Both the position numbers and the translations under genes were made by a program. Positions 61,328 through 64,000 of a stretch of DNA of 64,000 nucleotides are shown piece by piece (position 1 is the first letter of the stretch; every line of letters begins with the position of its first letter). The DNA is from Candidatus Hermodarchaeota archaeon. Lineage in GTDB: Archaea > Asgardarchaeota > Lokiarchaeia > Sigyniarchaeales > SOKP01. The notes under the pieces were generated by a model. The model was not told the origin of the DNA. It ran no database searches and saw only the letters and a program-made list of their open reading frames with translations. Location: contig JBHLLP010000004.1 in the NCBI GenBank assembly GCA_048885525.1, forward strand, positions 32,001 to 96,000, given 5' to 3'.

Positions 61328-63010
61328 ATGAAAACTCTAATAACAGCAAAGATTACTGACGATTGTTTAAACGAATTAGAAAAATTGATGGAAATTTCAT
61401 ATGAACCATGGAGAGAAACAGGAATAATTTATTTTGATGTGAATGAGCTTGTCGAAAAACTAAAGGATTATGACATTTTTATAACAGAAGCAGATGATTT
61501 AAAGAAGGAAGATCTATTTGAAAAAACTAATATAAAACTTATTGTTTCATGTAGAGGCGATCCGTTTAATGTTAATCTAAAAGCCGCAACTAAAAAGAAT
61601 ATTCCAGTACTTTATACTCCACTAAGAAACGTTGACGCGGTCGCAGAATTGACTATAGGCTTGATGTTAATGTTAGCCCGAAAATTGCATATTGTTGATC
61701 GAATAATTCATTCTGATGAATTTGAAGTAATTGAATTTGAAGATTTTATTGAATATTTAAATAAATTTCAAGGAATTGAATTAAAACATAAGACAATTGG
61801 GATAATAGGTTTAGGGCAAATTGGTAGAAGAGTCGCAAATATGCTTAAATCCTTTGAAGTTGAATTTCTTATATATGATCCTTATATAGACGAAGAAATC
61901 ATTAACCAGTATGGTAAAAAAGTTGAGATTGATTATCTAATGAAAAATTCTGATTTTATAACAATACATAGTATAGCAACTGATGAAAATGAGAAACTTA
62001 TTAATGAAGAGCGAATTAATATGATGAAAAAATCAGCATTTCTAATTAACACTGCAAAAGGGAGCATAGTTGATTATGATGCTTTACAAAGAGCTCTAAA
62101 AGAGGAAAAGATAAGTGGTTCAGCTTTAGATGTTTTTCCTCTTGAACCTATTGATGAAGATAATGAATTTATTGAATTAAAAAATGCAATCATCACCCCT
62201 CATATTGGGGGAGATACAGAGGAAGTAATAAAAAGGCAATCAGTAATTTTATTACATGATATAAAAGCGTGGTTAAAGGGTGAAAGACCTAAGCATGTTA
62301 TGAATCCAGAAGTATTTAAAGAAGGAGAAATAAAGACTTCCTTAAATGATGATAAGTTTTACAGATTAAAAGAGGAAATAGTAAATTTATGTAAAGAATT
62401 ACTAAAAGAAAAACACGTGATTGGTTCAGCTGGCAATGTCAGCCTAAGAGTAAAAGAACAAGGGAAACAATTTGTACTAATAACTCCTAGTAATGTTCTG
62501 TATACTGAGATGGTGCCAGAAGATATTCTTATTCTTGATATAGAAGGAAAAGTAATAGAAGGAGAGAGAAATCCTTCAGTTGAGAAAAAAATGCACTTAA
62601 GTATATATCATGAAAGAAAAGATGTGAATGCAATAATTCATGCACATAGTATTTATTCTACTATTCTTAGTACTTTAAAACTAACAATACCTCCTATTTT
62701 TGAAGAATTTGTACCATATATAGGTGGTGAAGTTTTATGTGCAGATTATGGAGAAGCCGGTACTGAAGAATTAGCAGATGGAGTACTAGCATTCTTAGAA
62801 GAAAGAAATGCCGTTTTACTAGCAAATCATGGAAATTTATGTTGTGGTAGTCATTTAGATGGAGCTTATACTGTATTAAAATATCTTGAGAGGGGAGCAA
62901 AGATCTACTTTTTAGCTAAACTTATAAAAGAGCCAAATTTATTACCTGAAGATACAATAGACTATGAAATGGATATCTTTGATATTTTTAAAGATTCTAA
63001 AAAAATATAA
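61328..63010 (+). CDS. fusion: D-2-hydroxyacid dehydrogenase + class II aldolase
   Basis: GLGQIG, INTAKG, LDVF, TPHIGG; then GNVSLR, ITPS, PSVE..MH, IHAHS, LANHG. Confidence 0.88.
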   Translation: MKTLITAKITDDCLNELEKLMEISYEPWRETGIIYFDVNELVEKLKDYDIFITEADDLKKEDLFEKTNIKLIVSCRGDPFNVNLKAATKKNIPVLYTPLRNVDAVAELTIGLMLMLARKLHIVDRIIHSDEFEVIEFEDFIEYLNKFQGIELKHKTIGIIGLGQIGRRVANMLKSFEVEFLIYDPYIDEEIINQYGKKVEIDYLMKNSDFITIHSIATDENEKLINEERINMMKKSAFLINTAKGSIVDYDALQRALKEEKISGSALDVFPLEPIDEDNEFIELKNAIITPHIGGDTEEVIKRQSVILLHDIKAWLKGERPKHVMNPEVFKEGEIKTSLNDDKFYRLKEEIVNLCKELLKEKHVIGSAGNVSLRVKEQGKQFVLITPSNVLYTEMVPEDILILDIEGKVIEGERNPSVEKKMHLSIYHERKDVNAIIHAHSIYSTILSTLKLTIPPIFEEFVPYIGGEVLCADYGEAGTEELADGVLAFLEERNAVLLANHGNLCCGSHLDGAYTVLKYLERGAKIYFLAKLIKEPNLLPEDTIDYEMDIFDIFKDSKKI

Positions 63011-63040
63011 AAGATTCTGAAGTAAAAATAATCACTGTCT

Positions 63041-63760
63041 TTACTTTCTATATAGTGATTTTAATGCAATTTCGGTTGATTCTTTTGCTTGTTGTTTTGT
63101 AACCATTCCAATTGTCACAGCACTTATATTATGATTTTTGATATATTGGAATGCTAAATCTGGTTCAATCGATCCTGCTGCTAGAGTTTTCATACCTATA
63201 AAATAATAATTCTTCGTACTATCAACAAGTTCTTCTAATTCTTTTGGATTTCCCATTAAAAACCCATTCACATTAAAGGGTATCAAAAATACTTTCACAT
63301 TTAAAGAATTTTCTATACAATATTGAATCGTTGGAATTGGGTCATGCGTTGCGACACCTGGAATAATTCCATATCCAGAAATATCATCTAAAAGCTTTAT
63401 CAAATTTGTTCCTTTATTATCAGAAACCATTCCATGTACGAATATTAACTTTGCTCCCTTTTCGATTAATAGGTTAACTTTGGAATCTACTCCCGGATAG
63501 GTGGAACCTGTGATTACATAATCGGTATACTTTTCACTCATCATCTGAGCTGCTTCTAATATTTTTCCACTAGGTATCACTTGGATACCGCGTGCTCCTC
63601 TTATATAACTAGCGTCTAATATCTCAAATATTGCTTTAGGGTGGTTTAAAAATTTCCTACGCCATTCAAATGCCTTAAATCCAAATTGTCCAGCACCGAT
63701 GAATGGTGAAGTTCCTACAGAAACGAGTGGAATATTTATATTATCAATCTTACAAAAAAT
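63041..63760 (-). CDS. conserved archaeal TIM-barrel/AKR-like hypothetical protein, probable ATT start
   Basis: Frame is open 60 codons upstream of GTG 63580 and includes IPLVSVGTSPFIGAGQFG; C-terminal GMKTLAAG; no ATG/GTG/TTG in the extension. Confidence 0.7.
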   Translation of the reverse strand: MFCKIDNINIPLVSVGTSPFIGAGQFGFKAFEWRRKFLNHPKAIFEILDASYIRGARGIQVIPSGKILEAAQMMSEKYTDYVITGSTYPGVDSKVNLLIEKGAKLIFVHGMVSDNKGTNLIKLLDDISGYGIIPGVATHDPIPTIQYCIENSLNVKVFLIPFNVNGFLMGNPKELEELVDSTKNYYFIGMKTLAAGSIEPDLAFQYIKNHNISAVTIGMVTKQQAKESTEIALKSLYRK

Positions 63761-64000
63761 TTTTACCCCTTCCTTAACTTTTAGTAAAATTAATTTAAAT
63801 TTTCTAGGTGATTATTATTAACCGAATTATAAAATTTTAAGTTACAAATCATATAAATACATAAACAATATTACTCATAAAATATAATACGAATTCAAGC
63901 TTCTTACATTGAAGAGGAGATAAGGATATCACAAATTAATGGGATTATCTGTAATACTTTAACTTTTTATAATCAAGAATCTCAAATTATTAAAAGTCTT

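Noticed and set aside
1273-62900. Many short ORFs nested in or antisense to core genes (e.g. 1273, 2346, 7231, 14112, 25783, 31021, 40888, 48628, 49663, 55102)
   Set aside because: Shadow frames of well-supported genes with no motifs of their own
1-64000. CRISPR arrays, IS elements, integrases, rRNA, C/D box sRNAs
   Set aside because: No regularly spaced repeats, transposase or integrase motifs, or convincing paired C/D boxes were found by eye

Overview
AT-rich archaeal chromosomal window, most likely from an Asgard archaeon of the Lokiarchaeia type (inferred from archaeal information-processing genes, a profilin-like protein and many small zinc-ribbon proteins). It is mostly core genome: mat, rnhB, fibrillarin-nop5, pyrD-pyrK, elp3, gatED, rpl2, tfb, four tRNAs, the proteasome/exosome superoperon, an ECF transporter, KEOPS/t6A genes, a 2-oxoacid:ferredoxin oxidoreductase operon, PPi-PFK, tandem MFS transporters, herA, cdc48, fen1, nob1, eIF5A, SRP54 and a sugar kinase/dehydrogenase-aldolase cluster. 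No CRISPR array, rRNA or transposase was seen. Main finding: the RNase HII gene is split inside its catalytic GIDEAGRG motif by a 30-nt insert containing a stop codon. The insert folds into a bulge-helix-bulge (BHB) whose canonical cleavage restores the motif exactly, making it a candidate tRNA-endonuclease-spliced mRNA intron. Two tRNAs in the window carry 30-nt BHB introns in the T-loop. Three genes, including proteasome alpha, appear to start at ATT/ATC.
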